Both the position numbers and the translations under genes were made by a program. Source: Phoronis australis (taxonomy: Eukaryota; Animalia; Phoronida). Taken from it: a DNA stretch of 64,000 bases. The DNA lies in assembly GCA_002633005.1 (NCBI GenBank), contig NMRA01000014.1, forward strand, positions 1,648,504 to 1,712,503. Reading direction: 5' to 3'. Positions 25,055 through 40,300 of the stretch are shown in pieces (position 1 is the stretch's first letter; every line of letters starts with the position of its first letter). Under the pieces are notes generated by a model. That model was given only the letters and a program-made list of their open reading frames with translations. It did not search any database and had not been told where the DNA came from.

Positions 25055-28000
25055 ATAAGGTCGCGTCGATTCAAAATAGAGACGTTCAGCTTTAATCCGA
25101 AAAATTGTCAGTTTCGCAATTGACCCTTGACATTGCAGTACAAGTCCGAGGCCGAAGTAAGAATGACGTCAATAGATCTCTCAACAACTGACGAGTCGGT
25201 CGATTCAAAGTTTTCCAATATAGCACGTACATGTATATGCAATAGTTTCGTGTAGATTGAAAACTCACGGCGAAATCACATGGAAATACGTGGCCAATTA
25301 AAACATAAACAAATTTTAACAACTCATTTGAATTGGTTATGCGACATGTTTGGGAGGTTTAGGCAAGCGGATGACCGAAGTTCTTACCTTGATTTAGGAA
25401 CCAAGCCCTTCGGTCAGATCTCTGTGCCTTGTACAGTAGATGTAGGCATTTCCTTATCCCGCATACCTAAACGTCGTGAATTCCCACACATCACTAATTT
25501 CCACTCGACATCATATGAAAAAAAACAAAACTTTGCATTGTTCAATCAAGGTTTTCCCGAGCAAGCAAACTAGGTCACACGAGAGGCGAATTACTCAGGC
25601 CTAATACTACAAACCGCACATGAATAGTGTGTGCCTATAGCGCAATCAAAAGTCCATTGTGTCATCTATTCATTTGCGCCCACTCAGACTGAAAGACCGT
25701 GTCTGATGTTGCAATCTCTTTATTTGCGCCTGCGCAGACTGAAAAATCGTGTTTTGTTACGGAATTCTTTCTTACCCAATTCCCAGAAGGATTATTATAC
25801 GACAGGACAATGGTAACACAGTGTATTTACCGAGTTATGCCATCTCTCACATTGTTGACAACGTTCGCAAGTAGACACCTGCCGGATTGAAAAAACGAGA
25901 CATCCGGATGTGAAGCGGACATGTAGGTTTAAGTCAAAACGCAAGCGTGAAATTTCCGTCGCAACCGGGAAGACGCCCATACAGGGACGTATTCGTTTTT
26001 GTTTTAGTCAAGCAGGAAATACGATTGGAGCATTACCCCCAAAAAGTCCCACTCGTGTTTTTGTTTGTCAAAGGGATGAATATGGTTGTATCAAGTGGGT
26101 CACCACTACATTGTATGAAAATATGTCAATTTTCCAGTGTGTTTCAAAACATTCATCGGTAATTTTCGACCAAGTAACGCGCACATTATACATTATCTTT
26201 GCTACATTACACGATTAGCCATAAACCGTTGTGAAATTGTACTCACCTTACCAGGGCAAATGGATACTTGCACAAGTCATGAATAGTAAGGGACTGCGTG
26301 TGTTAGCCAAAACTCTCACAATATTGCTTGAAATTCATCTGAGCCGGACAGAGATGGACTTTTCGAAACGTCAGATGGGAACACGGTTTCAAAATGTTTT
26401 CTGTAATTTGTGGAGCTGAAGAATACTTTATCAGAAAAAGGTGTAAATAAATTCGCACGCGCTCCGTCTGAAGCACAATCAAAAATTTTTTTGAGGTACA
26501 TGTATGTTTTTCATGATTTTTCTAGATAAAATAAAAAACATGTCAAGGTTGACCCCCGATTTCTATTAAAGCAATAAGACTATACAACTAGTTTCATGAT
26601 GTGGAAATCGCCATTTTTACGCAGATGTTCATGCAAATGCAGAGCAAGGGTGTTGCGCTACGCGTAGCCGAACAATATCGGCGCACTTATTTTAAGTAAG
26701 CTATCCAAACTGAACAACTATAAAGTTTTTAATCCCAAAAACTAATGAACTGAAAAAAACGTCGGCAGGACATTACAGCATATACATGTAGCCAGGTCGT
26801 CTAAACGATTGCTAGCCCCAGTTTATTTAATTTCCAGCATCACTCTTAATGTAACTATCGAGGCCAGTCTGAACGAGAAACTGTTGTGAGACAATCAGCC
26901 TGTTCGCCTGGTAAATAAAAACATTTTCATTCGCAGAAAAAAGTTGTTTTTGTTTAAGAGCCCTTTGGTGAATCACATTTACTGTAATTGTTTTAGGTTA
27001 CTTGTTCTTAAACATTCTTGAAAAATTGTTAAAATAAATGTAGCAGTGATTCTGATATAGGTGAATCTGAACTTAGCTGTTTCGGAGTCATATGTTGCAC
27101 ATTGGTGCCCTAATTTCACAACGTACTTCACCATCAACGAAACGCATTACCCACCCATAAGCGGATGTGTAGGGTTTACGCGAATCGGTTTCCCTTCACG
27201 AATTTTTGGTTTCCCTCGCCATACAGTTGATATTTCAAATTAATAAAAACTTTATATGAAATTTTCTGTTTGAGAGAATAGCAATATCAACGTTACAGAA
27301 TTTCAGGTGGCATCGAAATTCTTTGAAACGTTCTAAATTTCTGACGTCATTCGTTTTTAATTGGCAAAATTGTTCTCATAGAAAGCAATAACAGCTAAAA
27401 AATGAGTCTCAAACGCTATTTTGTGCACATTGTAAGGTTCTAAATCCTTTTTGTAATAAAACCAATCCTTCGTTGATTCTTGACGAAAGGCATTCGCACA
27501 AAATGAATGCCGGAGAGCCGCACAGAATGCTTTGATTTGTCAAATTCTTGGTTGTTTCCGTATGTCTTGATATTTTGTGATTTTAAAAAGTGCTTAGTTA
27601 TTTTATTACTGAGCAAGCAATTGTCAAACTCCCTTGTTAATGGCTGATGCGTTGAAGCTCACTACATGTATATATTTTAATCTACCTCCGTCTCTTCTAA
27701 ATTCCAGTGCCGATGGGGCTTCGGTAATATCTTCTCCGTTCTTTCGCAATGCATCCGACGTTGCACGAAGTTTTCCTGCTGTGTCTAAATTTTCCGTAAC
27801 TTGTGCATACATTTGTTTTGCAATTAGCACCGTGCCCACCCCCCTTCCGCCAAATTAATCATAGGTGCCACAGATGCGTGTAGTGCATGTACATGTAAGG
27901 TAAGGCGGGTAGCACAGGCAGTAATGTATGGCTCCTATACATGTATTTATGCAAGATGCTGTTTTCTTCTTTAATTTGTCACACCTCAACCATATAGTAA

Positions 28001-31000
28001 TGACCTCGATGAAACTTAATTGCAAACAGGATAAGCGTTGTTTCGTTTTCAGCAGTTAGAATTTATGGAGCAGAAGAAGGTCCACGTTGTACCATGACCA
28101 GCAAGTTCGTTCCTTTGCCGCTAGGAGTACACAGATGTACATGTACTGGGAGATTCTGTGGTTGCAGAATTTGGTTCTCGTCACCAGGAGGCGAGACCGT
28201 CTCGTCTACGTGTGGGCTCACCAGAAAGAACTGGCAAACAACACGTCGTGGAAAACGGAAATATTTCCCTAGTCAAATATAAAATAGTTTGGCAAAAACA
28301 TAATTTACTAATAAAGAAAACAGAAGAAATGAAGCTGTTTACTATTGAATGGCAGAGACGGTCGTGGCATGACTTTTGATGGGGGTACATTACACATAGG
28401 ATAATACCATGGTTTTTCGTTTGAAAATATCGCATGTGGTTAGGCCTACAGTTGGACATGATCACTAAACAATAATATAATACACGCTGATGTTGGCTTA
28501 CTAAGTGCAGTGGATCTCGTTTACTCGACCCCTAAAAAGAAGATGTTCTAGACGTCTTGCAGTTCATCGTCCACTGTCTACATTTTGAAAGTAAGTACAC
28601 GCTTTGGAATGCGACACAAACTGTACACAATTTATTCGCTTCAATTCATTGCACAATATACACATTCTTTCCTTACTAACAAAAAGTTTGTAGGGTTTCA
28701 GACCCAAAAATACGTGTCACACTTTTGAGGTCTGAACACCTATATATTGACCTCGGTCTATATCTGTACTGCATAATTCTTCTGGTACGGTAATTGCCAC
28801 TGAATTTTTACGGCATACTGTATGCACAATTATCGACTGTAAGTTGTGCAAATTTCAACACTCCATCTTTGCATGGATTCCAAAAATCATTAACGGCCCA
28901 GACCCAAACAACAAGTGGTCGGGAAAACGCAAGCATTATACTATAGAACGATTGCTTTTCGCTGCTATCTTTCGGTTATGAGGAATCCGGAACGTTCGTT
29001 AATAAAACTCGCATTGCAGTGGTAAATTATCAAATCCTGTATCATTTACCTGCACATTTGTTCAGACAACGTGCATGTTGGTCGACCCAGCTCACATCAC
29101 GTGCATAAAATTTTCAGAATTGTCGTCGGGCATGCTTCCTGTTCATAGTCGCAGTGATGTGAATAATTTTTGAACAACTAATAAAACTGAAACAGCTATA
29201 TACTAGAGGGCAGTGCACCCTGTGTTTAACGGGTGAAAACGAAATGGCGGTCGCACTCATTAACATGGCCCATAGGCTCTGTAAACTGGTTCACGCACGG
29301 TGCACCGACCTCTATAAACACCATGCGGCACTCACAAAACTCGGCTAAAGCAGCCACAACTAACCGACCGCCTTACTCGCTGTATTTGGAGATGGAGTCC
29401 GTGCCTTGAGTATCCGTGTACAAGTGTAAGTGTTATAAGGTGGACAAGATGTGATTCGTAAATACCTGTTCCGTGTTGGCGTTGAGCCGTATTAGTGGGC
29501 CTGGGCTCGAGTTATTGAGTCGGTGAACGGAATTTTTCGGGTCCGTGGACAACCTATGAAATTGAACAGTTAAACATTTAAACGCCCACGCTCGGCTTAC
29601 TGGCCCATCTCCAATTTACACAATTTAATCTTCTTTGAATGAGTCCATGTCTCTATGAACACAGGTATCACGCGAATATCGACTCCCAAAACACACGAAT
29701 GTGGCTTGTCTTTGAAAAACGAACTGTCAAGACACAGCGCCATCTTACAGCCAAACTCCATGTATTCCATGACTACTGCACGCTAGTCCGATGTGTTTAC
29801 CTGAATCGACCGTTCGGGTAAACGGCCGCAATTGGATATACAAAAACTCGGTTAAGTCCCCATACTCGACTAAACGCTGAACTTCTTCAACTGTCGAGTT
29901 CTTCAATTTAAGTAGAGACGTTAGCCCGGACAAATGCAGTTTGTTCATGACTGTGACGATTCTGCATAAAAACATGCACATTACCACAAAAACGTGATTG
30001 GAGCTTGCAAAGTAAATGTAAGCAATTTTTAAAGCTATGTCAAGTCCACACAAGATAGCGTTCTGACGATGGACTCGTTAAAGTCTCAACAATAATCTGC
30101 TCAAAAAATAAGCTCGTCATTGTCTACGACGTTTCAAAACCATTAACTCTTGAGAATGCATTTGCCTAAAACACATATGTAACTAACTACCTAACTAATC
30201 TATTCTCTCTCGAAAAAATGTATCCGCGTGCTCTTGAGCCACTGATGACCTAAAGATCTACTCACATTCGTGTACAAAGACAAAACGTCACACAATTCCC
30301 TAACTATAAGATTTAACCATTACGCCTATATTACAATCTGCAGAGCATTGCTTGTAACCTCGGGGTCAACGCAGACGAATAGCTGCAAAACTTGATGAGA
30401 GCAGTGTGGCTCAAGCGAATTGAAGCCATTGGTATCCGCTAGCAGCAAGAAAATAAGCTCCGTGACCAGTAAACTACGTTCCTAAAATACACCGTAAATG
30501 CAGTACACACGGTTACAGAGAGACACCGAGAGATTTCAATTGATGTTTTAATGTGATGCAATGATTCGTTTCTATTGGCAACGGAATGTAATCGAGTAAG
30601 CACTTAGCTCATCCCGCCTGCATTCTGTTCAGGTTTCCGTTCCATGAATCTGTTTTCTTGAGAGAAAAGCACGACTTCGCAGGACCTACCAAAATGGGGG
30701 CCACTGAAGTAATTGGTGAGCGAATTGGGACTTTTTCCGTCGCAGCAAGTGCAAGCAAATGTCACGGATCCACGGAACAGAAACCCAACAAATGGGAAAT
30801 TTGCATCACCTGTTCTCAAGGCAAAACTCTCATGGTTCATCTGATGCAGACGCCATGGTAGAGTTCAGTAGCTATCTTGTGGCTGGCCAAAATCACGTGC
30901 TTTCATATAAAATGCAAATAATTATATCGCGCAATCTCGGGAAGTCTTTGCATTTTTAGCGAGGTTCCAGCTTGGTCCTTAGCGTTACTGAGCTCTTCCC

Positions 31001-31202
31001 AGGTATGAGTTAAGCTTATTTGGATTCGAATCGCATACACTGTAGTTCTCCGTCTGTGATGACCCATAAATCTCCTATCTCCATCTACTACAATTTCAGA
31101 CAATTAACAAATTTACACTTCTTCGCAAACATATGAACTGTATGGCCCCAGATTTCCCCTTACTTCATTGGTCGATCTAGTATCATTTACTGTACAATAA
31201 TA

Positions 31203-31304
31203 TCAAAGTGTTATACAGTGAGCACTGTTACTCTCCTGAAGCATGATATCGTCCATCGCAATATCACCGCGGTAACCCTCAGCCACCACGCCCTCGATGT
31301 AGAT
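31203..31304 (-). CDS. Astacin protease terminal coding exon: MAM3 part 4 ([20 protein letters not shown]…CITL*)
   Basis: tttcag acceptor, GDIAxDD motif, TGA at 31205-31203. Confidence 0.92.
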   Translation of the reverse strand: MYIEGVVAEGYRGDIAMDDIMLQESNSAHCITL

Positions 31305-34300
31305 CTGAAATGAGACCAGAGACAACTAAAACACACCATTTTTTAAATCGGAAATGCTTGGGGAGTCGAACCCATCTAAAGTGGCGACTAATAAACCTCG
31401 GCGTGCAACTTACTTTTGTTACTACCGATTGTACATGTACGTCCCCTTAAAGATAACACCATCTTTCAACAAACGCCTACAGTATGGTAACTCTTTTGAA
31501 AGACACGGCTCTTATTCAATTAAAGTATATGTCGCAAAGTGACCTTCATGGTTTGACGTGACCGTCGCTACTCATCCAGAACCAACAGCGCCCGCAGGCA
31601 GGCTAGATCTTATGAAAGTCGTGGCTAATACCAATAACCAATATGTTTTTAATAAATGGAAGAACGAGTATGAATCGTTACACAATGATCCAACTGTAAA
31701 TGAGTTTGACCGGGGATTTTATGCTGATATGCTTCTCAAAAAAGCTCATCTTGAGTCGTTTAATAATCTTGACTTTGATGAAAATAGTATTTTGAATAAA
31801 AATATTCATCGCGATGAAGTAAAGCGGGTATTGATGAAATCTAAATACAAGAAAGCAGTAGGAATTGATCATATTTGTTATGAAGTATGTAAAAATGATA
31901 ACGCTATTGACCTTTTGACTTATTTGTTCCAAATGGTTTTCCGTTACGCTATGGTTCCTAGTTTATGGGCTAAATCCGTTATTATGCCTATCCCAAAGGG
32001 GTCAGATAAGGACCCGCGCGTCCCGCTGAGTTATAGAGGTATCAGCTTGTTGTCTAACGTATACAAGTTGTATAGTAGTGTATTGAACAATAAACTGGTT
32101 GAGTACGCGGAAGAAAACGGGCTCCTTGTTGATGAGCAAAATGGCTTTCGTCGTAACAGAGCATGTGTTGATCACGTCTTTGTTTTGACCTCGATTATAA
32201 GTAATCGCTTGAATAACAAACAATCCACATTTGCTACTTTTATTGATATGCAAAAAGCGTTTGACTGGGTAGATAGAAATAGTTTACTTTTTAAAATGTT
32301 GGATCTTATGATAGTTGGAAAATTTTATGAATCAGTTAAAATATTTATGCCAAAACTCAATCCTGTGTTAAGATTAATAATACCTTTACGGACTGGTTTT
32401 ATACATCTTGTGGCGTCAAACAGGGAGATGTTTTATCACCTACTCTTTTTGCACTATATATAAATGATTTGGCAAAGGAATTAAAACAGTCAAATTTAGG
32501 AATTCCTATCGGTGCTGATAATGTTTCATCTTTGTTTTATGCTGATGATAAAGTGGTACTTGCCGAGAGCGAAGAAAATTTACAGGGTTTATTGAATATA
32601 GTTGATAAATGGTGCTCTAAATGGAGGCTAATTGTCAATCAGAAAAAAACTAATGTTATTCACTTCAGATCCAAGCATGTCTCACGTAGTTTATATCTAT
32701 TTCGGTTGGGTCGACTAGACCTAGAATATGTACCCAAATATAAATATTTAGGAATAATTATAAATGAACATTTGAAGTTTTCTGAAACTGCTAAACCTCT
32801 ATCCGAATCTGCCGGAAGAGCCCTGGGCGCTTTAATTAATAAATTTAAAAAGAATAAAAATATGAGGTACAGAACGTTCACTACATTATTCAATGCTTGT
32901 GTTGTACCTGTTAGAGATTATTGCGTAGGTGTCTGAGGCGGCTCTAGTCTACAGGATTAAGATGTCATTCAGAATAGAGCCGCGTGATTTTTCTTGGGTG
33001 TTCACAAATTCGCTCTTAATCATGCTGTTATGGGTGACATGGGGTGTTAGTGTTAGGCGGAAAATTGAGCTTTTGAGAATGTGGAATCGTATTATTAATT
33101 TCGAGGATGATAGACTAACATATCGAATATTTTGGTGGGACTACACTATTTGTACTAATAATTGGTCGTCTGAAGTCTAGAGCATTTTTGAGGAATTAGG
33201 GATTTCGGATTGTTTTCATGACTTACGTTCAGTTAATCTGTCTCACTGTAAAAATATTTTGCATGATTTAGCATGTAATAGGTGGTTGTTTGAAAACCGT
33301 TCGAAACCAAAGTTAAGAACCTATGTTTTGATGAAGAATGTCTTTGAAGTTGAGCCTTACGTGCATTTAGACTTAACTCGGCCTAGTAGGTCAATTCTTG
33401 CTCAAATTAGAACCGGAACACTACAGCTATTGGTTGAGGTTGGGCGTTTTCGTTCTCTAGATTTTGATGACAGAATTTGCTGTCTTTGTCACACTGGTCA
33501 GGTCGAAACTGAACTACATTTTCTGTTTGAGTGTCCGTTATTCTTAGATGCCAGAAACACCTTTTATTGTCAAGTTGAGATTAAATATCCACGTTTCCGT
33601 GCAGAAAGCTGTGAAAGTAAATTAATCACAATCATGCAAAAAGATGTTATTAGGAAAACTTCAGTTTTCATCAAAAATATTTTTGAAGTAAGGAAAAATT
33701 ATATTTATTTATGATCATTTTTATCTCGTCCTTCTCTTTCTGGTCCTCTTGCAATGCGCGTACACTTGTCTTTTCTTTTTTGTATCATGTATCATGTATC
33801 TAAAGTGACTTTTAAGCCCCGTGGGGGGCTGGGTGTTCCTAGTGTTTGTAACGTATTCATTGTTTAAATTCATTTGAATCACAAGTCACTATAATAAACA
33901 TTACTTACTTACTTACTTACTGTAAGCCGTAATGCGTTTGGCCAAATAGTCACGCACCAGCATTCCTGAATAGACCCCTAACAAAATCACTATTGACACC
34001 CAGTGTGTAGTAGGTCTCTCATAGGGATTTGTAGGCAATGTTAGCGACTCTGCATATTGTGCAAAGAGTTGTTAGAATTTCTACCGTTGAACGTTTGAGG
34101 GTTGACGACAACAGATATCATTATTTTAACTCATAGAGATACACGCAGTCTAAACCTAAGTGATGTGGTCGTGGGTACATATTAAGAAGGGGTTCACTGT
34201 TGTTTCAAGCATCGTGGCCCAACTTCACATTATCTTTAGCTCATTTCCAGAGATTTTGAGTGAGATGACGTTTGATTATTCTGCACCAAAATGATATCCT

Positions 34301-37300
34301 TCCGCCAATTCTAATGTTTCTCCACGTGTTGATATTTCAATACCGTCAACTCATTAGCATATTGCATTGCATTATTACCGAACGAGATAATGCTTAGTGA
34401 ACATTCTTGATAACAATGTGCGAAGCAAATGTTTGACAGGACGCCCTAGATATTTATCCTTAAAGCGACCAAGTGATGATGTTTGTTTGTTTTTATTTAT
34501 TTATTATTGTGATATTTAAAATCAGGGTGGCCTCTTCAGTGTTAGCAGTGCTTTCCAAGAGGGCCCTCAACAAGAAAAACAGTAATATAATACAATGAAG
34601 TAATAAAACAACAATGAAATATACGTAACAAAGATACAATTAAAACAGGTTGAGAATTAACTTATAACTAAATGACAAATAATGGTAAAAAATTAACTAA
34701 GACAGATGAAATAAATTTAGAGATGACTCTAGACAGTGAGAGTATTTACGACAATGAAAAAATGACATGATTAAGACAGGTTAAGTAAATTACAGCCACT
34801 TTTTAATATTAACTTTAAAGGTAGTAATTGAATTGGACCATTTAAGTTCTGGGCTAAAAGAATTCCATATTATAGCAGCTGTATAGATAAAAGATCTCTT
34901 GACCGTCTCGGTTTTAATTTTTTTAGAAGAACCATTGCCAGCAACAGAAGAACGTGTAGAATAAACAGCCTGACTGCTATTGAATTTACTGCTGAGATAT
35001 GCTGGAGCCAAGCCACTGATACATCTGTATATACAACAGGCAGAGAGAGATATTTATTTCTTTGTCTTACTTTCATAAATCCCAGCTTGGAATACAAGTT
35101 GTCAACCCTAGTGTCCCTAATTTTAGTACCCAGGATAGCCCTGGCGGCTCTATTTTGGATTACTTGGACTTTGTTTACAAGTGTGTCACTAGTGTGCCCC
35201 CAAACTGGTAAACAATAATCAATATGAGGCTGAATAATAGAATGGTAAAGGGTCTTAAGAGTACGGACATTAAGAAATTTGCCTAGACGTTTAAGAACAC
35301 CGATTTTCTTTGACAACTTCTTTGTGATATGATCTATGTGCATATTAAATTTAAGATTGGGATCTAAAGTAAGGCCCAAGAACTTAAACTTGTCAACATT
35401 CTCGATGGGAGAACCGTTGATAGAAAGGGATAGTTTTTGTTTTAATTTCTGGTGGGTTCCAAACAGCATCGACTTGGTTTTACTAACGTTAACAGTGAGT
35501 TTGTTTTGAATCAGCCAGTCATGGGGCCCTGTATTTGTGGAAGTCTGTGTAAATATTAACTAAACAATCGTGTTTCAAAATAAACCACGTAAAGTCGCCC
35601 ATTTACACTAAAGTAATTCTCAGTAAGATGCGAGACATTAGAGTAAAATTCAAAACGGGTATAGATGATAATGTTGAAACTGACCACACGACCATAAGTT
35701 ATAATTGGCGAAAATGCAATAAACCCTTTTACTTCCTAATTAATGCTATGTATATCAGGTGCGCTCATCGCAAGCTGTGTTGCCCATTCACTCATAGGCT
35801 TTGAAGTTGTTTGCGATGTGTGTTTGGCAATATTTTGAAATTGCACGGCTTGTCCAAATCGACCTAATAACGCTTTTACTGCAAGTCGATTGCTTTTAAA
35901 AAATCACCAGATCGAGTCATGACGTCTACGCAAATAATAATACTCGGTGCACCTGTTTGTACAAAAGTTTTTAAGAATGAATGCGGGAATAGCCACAGAG
36001 CACGCGCACACACAGTTTCCGGGATTTTGCGACAGTGTATTCAGAAAATGTTTTCAGGCGCTTTAGTAACACTGAATAAACTCCCGGGCGTTTATTCGGA
36101 AAACAGGGAGGTGTAAACAGAGTCTGTTCTGACTTTGACATTTTTACTTGAAACTGTGTTTTTAAATTTGATGTTAATAAATGCATAATGAAATGAATAG
36201 TGAAATGACGAAGACGCCTTACCCTAAACGGAACATCTGAGTTAACGTAAGTTCTTCCTTCTAACCATAGATGCTGTAGTTCAGTACTGTTATAAGACAT
36301 AGTTTGGTTAAATCCTTCCGGAATCTGCTGCCCTGACCGCTCCCACACTACACCATTACTTCCGGTTTCGGGTGCCTTCAATATCCGAAGACTGCCTAAA
36401 TACGCAAACAAAGCATCACTTCAGAGTTGACAGGAAATGTTTCTGTTGTGTTATAGCATAAGTGACGATATTTGAGGAACTGCTCACTTTACAAAATCGT
36501 GAATCTCTGAAATCTGGTTTTGTACTGGATATTCAAAATACCAAGAGTAACATAAGGAATGCCCGTTTTTCACTTACGTATTAATTAGGAAGAGTAACAC
36601 AACAACAATTTTAAGAAACCAAAGGTATACCTATATGCTGTCCGACCATGTGGTACCAGAAACTGAGACAGTAACCGTCGCCATCTACCGGCAGAAGTTG
36701 AGACACCAGGCGCGCCGTCTGCCCTTGGTCGCGATTTGAAGCGTCGACATAGATGTACATTCCTGCAAAGGAAATCCATGATAATCAAACCACAAAGTCG
36801 CATACTTAATATTTTGACAATTTTGGTCAGTGAATGTTCTGAAACTTTACAGTGGAAAAGCTTTTCAGAGGCGCGGCGCCATATACAATCAACATACTAT
36901 TTTTTCTCTAAACGCCATATCACTACTAATTGCCCTTTTGTTAATGGTAAAGGGTTATGCTACAAGAATCTAATTTGAGTGCAGTTTGTTTGATTTTGAC
37001 GGTTACCTCGTTTTCTTGAGTAAACGCTAGTCTTTAAGAAACGCCCAATCCAATATCCGTTTGACGACATAAATGCTCTCTCGAGTGTTTGAATACATGA
37101 ACGCCTCTGTTTAAACAGAGACCTCCTTCGGGCGCTTCTCTTGGGAAAACACCCCTCAGAATATTTTATACAAAAAATACCTTAACGTCGGTTTGCGTAG
37201 TGTTAATTTCAGGTTGATGTTTAAAATTGTACTGTCACGAAACCCACCGTCTCCGTTTAAGCCGGGTGTATGGTCTCCAATGGGACCTGTCAATGGAGTA

Positions 37301-40300
37301 TCAGTGGGGCCATGGTTACGGGTCCATTGAATTGGCGAATCGGACGAGTCACTCCAACCACACGTGCCTGTTTCGAAGTTGCACTTCAGTCTTCCAATAG
37401 CTACAAATAAGCACACATGTACCATAAAATCTTGCATTTAGGCCATAACAGTTCTAATAAAAATCTATCCCGCTAACTAAGGTTAGTTCGCAAATCAGAC
37501 GTTTTGGTGGAGGTCACGTTCCAGGGGGCGTTAATTGTGATGCTATAGACTGGCTCCTATTAGAACTATTATGGTATTGACATTTTGCACACTTTGAGCT
37601 ACTAGAATACGGCGGTATTGCCTTCATGTTGTCGCAGTTGCTGGTGCTTTATTTTTAACATGTGTGTTCCCAGCACAGATTTGAAGCGACTGATGCGCTA
37701 GGAAAGAACTCTGACCTTCATTAGACCAGGTTCGATAGCTTGACTCGGCTGATCAGATGTGCGACGAGTCAAAATGTCAAGGACCAAGATAGGATTGTTT
37801 TATATCGATAAATGTCTTTTGGGTATGGGGTCCATTTAATGTCTGTGGTCATTTGTAGCATCATTTGTGTTCCCAGCACAGATGAAGCGACTGGTGAATT
37901 TAATACCCCGCTGTACCTGGATGGGGACATATCAAAATTCTGTGAAATCATTGACAACGTGATATGACTGACTGTCTATTCTTTTTACAGTTTCCAAATT
38001 TTGTCACGCCATTACGGCACCATTCTGGCTTCTCTAAGAGATTCCGCCTTTTGGTTTTAAATTTCACAAGCCCTCTAAAGGACCAGATGAACACTGGCAC
38101 ACCAATAATAATTATAGGTGCTATGTATCATTTTCAACCAGCAAATACGAATGATTTTGATTATAATAACGACTTACCACAGAGCCTGGACTTTTATGAC
38201 CGGCTACTTTTTTTGCAGATTAGTGAAAAAATATGGGCGTTAGTGATGTCCACTGCCTGTTTGTGGCAACAATCTTAAAGTCCTGCTCTCAAACTGCCCA
38301 TGTGGTTCCAGTATACGAAAATACTTACTGCATAAATTCTTATTTTCGACACCCTTTCTTTACATTCTTTTCGCCTTTCTTGCGTTTTCTCGGCCTGGGT
38401 TCCTGAATGAATTGTACTTCCGGGTTGGCGGCAAGTTCAAAATGGCGGTGGTTCTTCGGGTGCGAATCGTGAGTGGCGCGTTCATTTAATTTTTTTCGAG
38501 TACGGATCGTGTATTAGTTATGGGGTAGGTACTTCTTGGTTCCTTATAACATCCTCTAACCATGTAATAAGGGTTAACAACGTGTGAGAGCAGGACTTTA
38601 ATTTCCCAGGCCATTCTAGAACTAATCCTTCATTGAATTGTTCGAACTTTTTGATTGGTTGAACGGCAAATATCAGTCCAACCAACATACGGCTTGCAAA
38701 CCTCACATTGCAATTTCAAAGTTGCGTAATTCCAGCCACAGCTGTTGACATAACACAGTTACACATTCACCATCATCTCGCTCCTTAGCCTACAACGGAT
38801 GTCATTCACGGCCGGAACAAGGCCTACTTACCAGAGGTATCGGAATACAATGGATCATTTGCGGCCAAATCAAAACAAGGTCCATCCGTAACTGATAAAT
38901 CATCAATACCTATGTCGCTCCTGTAACTTAAGCCTCGAACCGCCTCATACGATATCTAAAAAAAAATCAAATGGTGTTTTTGAAGTCGTTAATGTTCACA
39001 GTTTTAAGAGTGAATTGCTTATCGAATCCTGGCAAGGCATCCTCGTCACCAATATTGTTAATTAATCCTGTGTTTTTCAATCACAGACAGTGAAGATAGA
39101 CGCGACAAAAATCATTTTGGTTACCTGCGCATTAAATTGTGCCAAACTCAGGTTTTGGACATGACTACGTGTCAGTGATACTGAAAACATTATTGTCCGA
39201 ATGTGATGTGAAAACCACGTTCGTGCAACTGCTTGGATTAGAAACGCTGTAGGACTTTGAATTTACTTGCATGTAACTGTGAACTTATTCAAGGTTTAAA
39301 ATCACGCTCGGTAACCCCTGAATGCTCCAGATTGATCGGGATGGGTCACATTTCCTCTTTCATGGGGACAGATTTGTTTGCGTAAAAAATTATTTACTTT
39401 TGTATCACAAACACTACTAACTAAAGATAGATGGCGTTCATTGCGGATGTCTTATTTCATCGCCTCAGTTCACAAAGGGACGGAAGCGTCATTTTACTAG
39501 GGCACTCTTAGGTAGAGTTCAGTACGTTGCTGTCTCGCGACCAGAAAATCACATGTTCTCATTTAAAACACACGTACGCCAACGCATCACGTAATCTCGC
39601 AAGGCAATGCTTTTTAGCCACGTCATAGCTATTAGGTCCTAGCGTCACCGAACTCTACATGTACCCAAGAGATTTTACAATCGTGTAGCAGGTCTCTATG
39701 GATTATATTACATGGTGCCAAAAGTTTTAACTGAAAAATCACCAACGAATTTCGAATTACTCGTTCTAATATCAAAGTGAGTGTTTCTGCCACGGTATTC
39801 TGGAGCAGAATAAATAGGTGAAGTGATATGCCAATCGCTTTCGGCCTTTCCAGTTGCACAGTACATGTATCTGCAAAACTGGACCCAGGTGGCATTGGGT
39901 AGAAAACGATTCTGCCCTAATTGGCTATATTACAGATTACGAGCATAAATCACATGATCACGCCACAACCTGCTCACATTACTGTCATTGTGCATGTTAC
40001 AGTTAATTGCAACCACAATTCGGGCTTAAAACTTTAGAATAATTAGGAAATTAAGTCTTGCCCTCTCAGCTGACGTACACATGGAATTTACGGAATGCAA
40101 TTTCTCATGTGGCAGCTACTCTTGCAATGGGCAATGGTATTGCAATCTCAGTTGTTCCTCATACCAAGAAGGCTGCAGAAGAATAGGTGGAGTTCACAGA
40201 TATACTCGGACTTGTACTTCGTTGAATAATGCGAAAATAATCGAAAACCTTATTGGAAACTCGCACGGTGACTAATTCCTGCTGTATCTCCATGGTGGCT

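Noticed and set aside
27624-27858. Overlapping 71-aa and 74-aa ORFs with protein-like composition
   Set aside because: No motif, no convincing splice partners; cannot be supported without a homology search.
31611-33931. Possible TSD of the plus-strand LINE (tgaaagtcgt versus tgtaagccgt)
   Set aside because: Two mismatches in 10 bp and an uncertain 5' boundary; not distinguishable from chance.
39760-39900. Minus-strand frame RYMYCATG…ITSPIYS, faintly MAM-like
   Set aside because: Out of domain order, no good donor, and the flanking exons already splice in frame.
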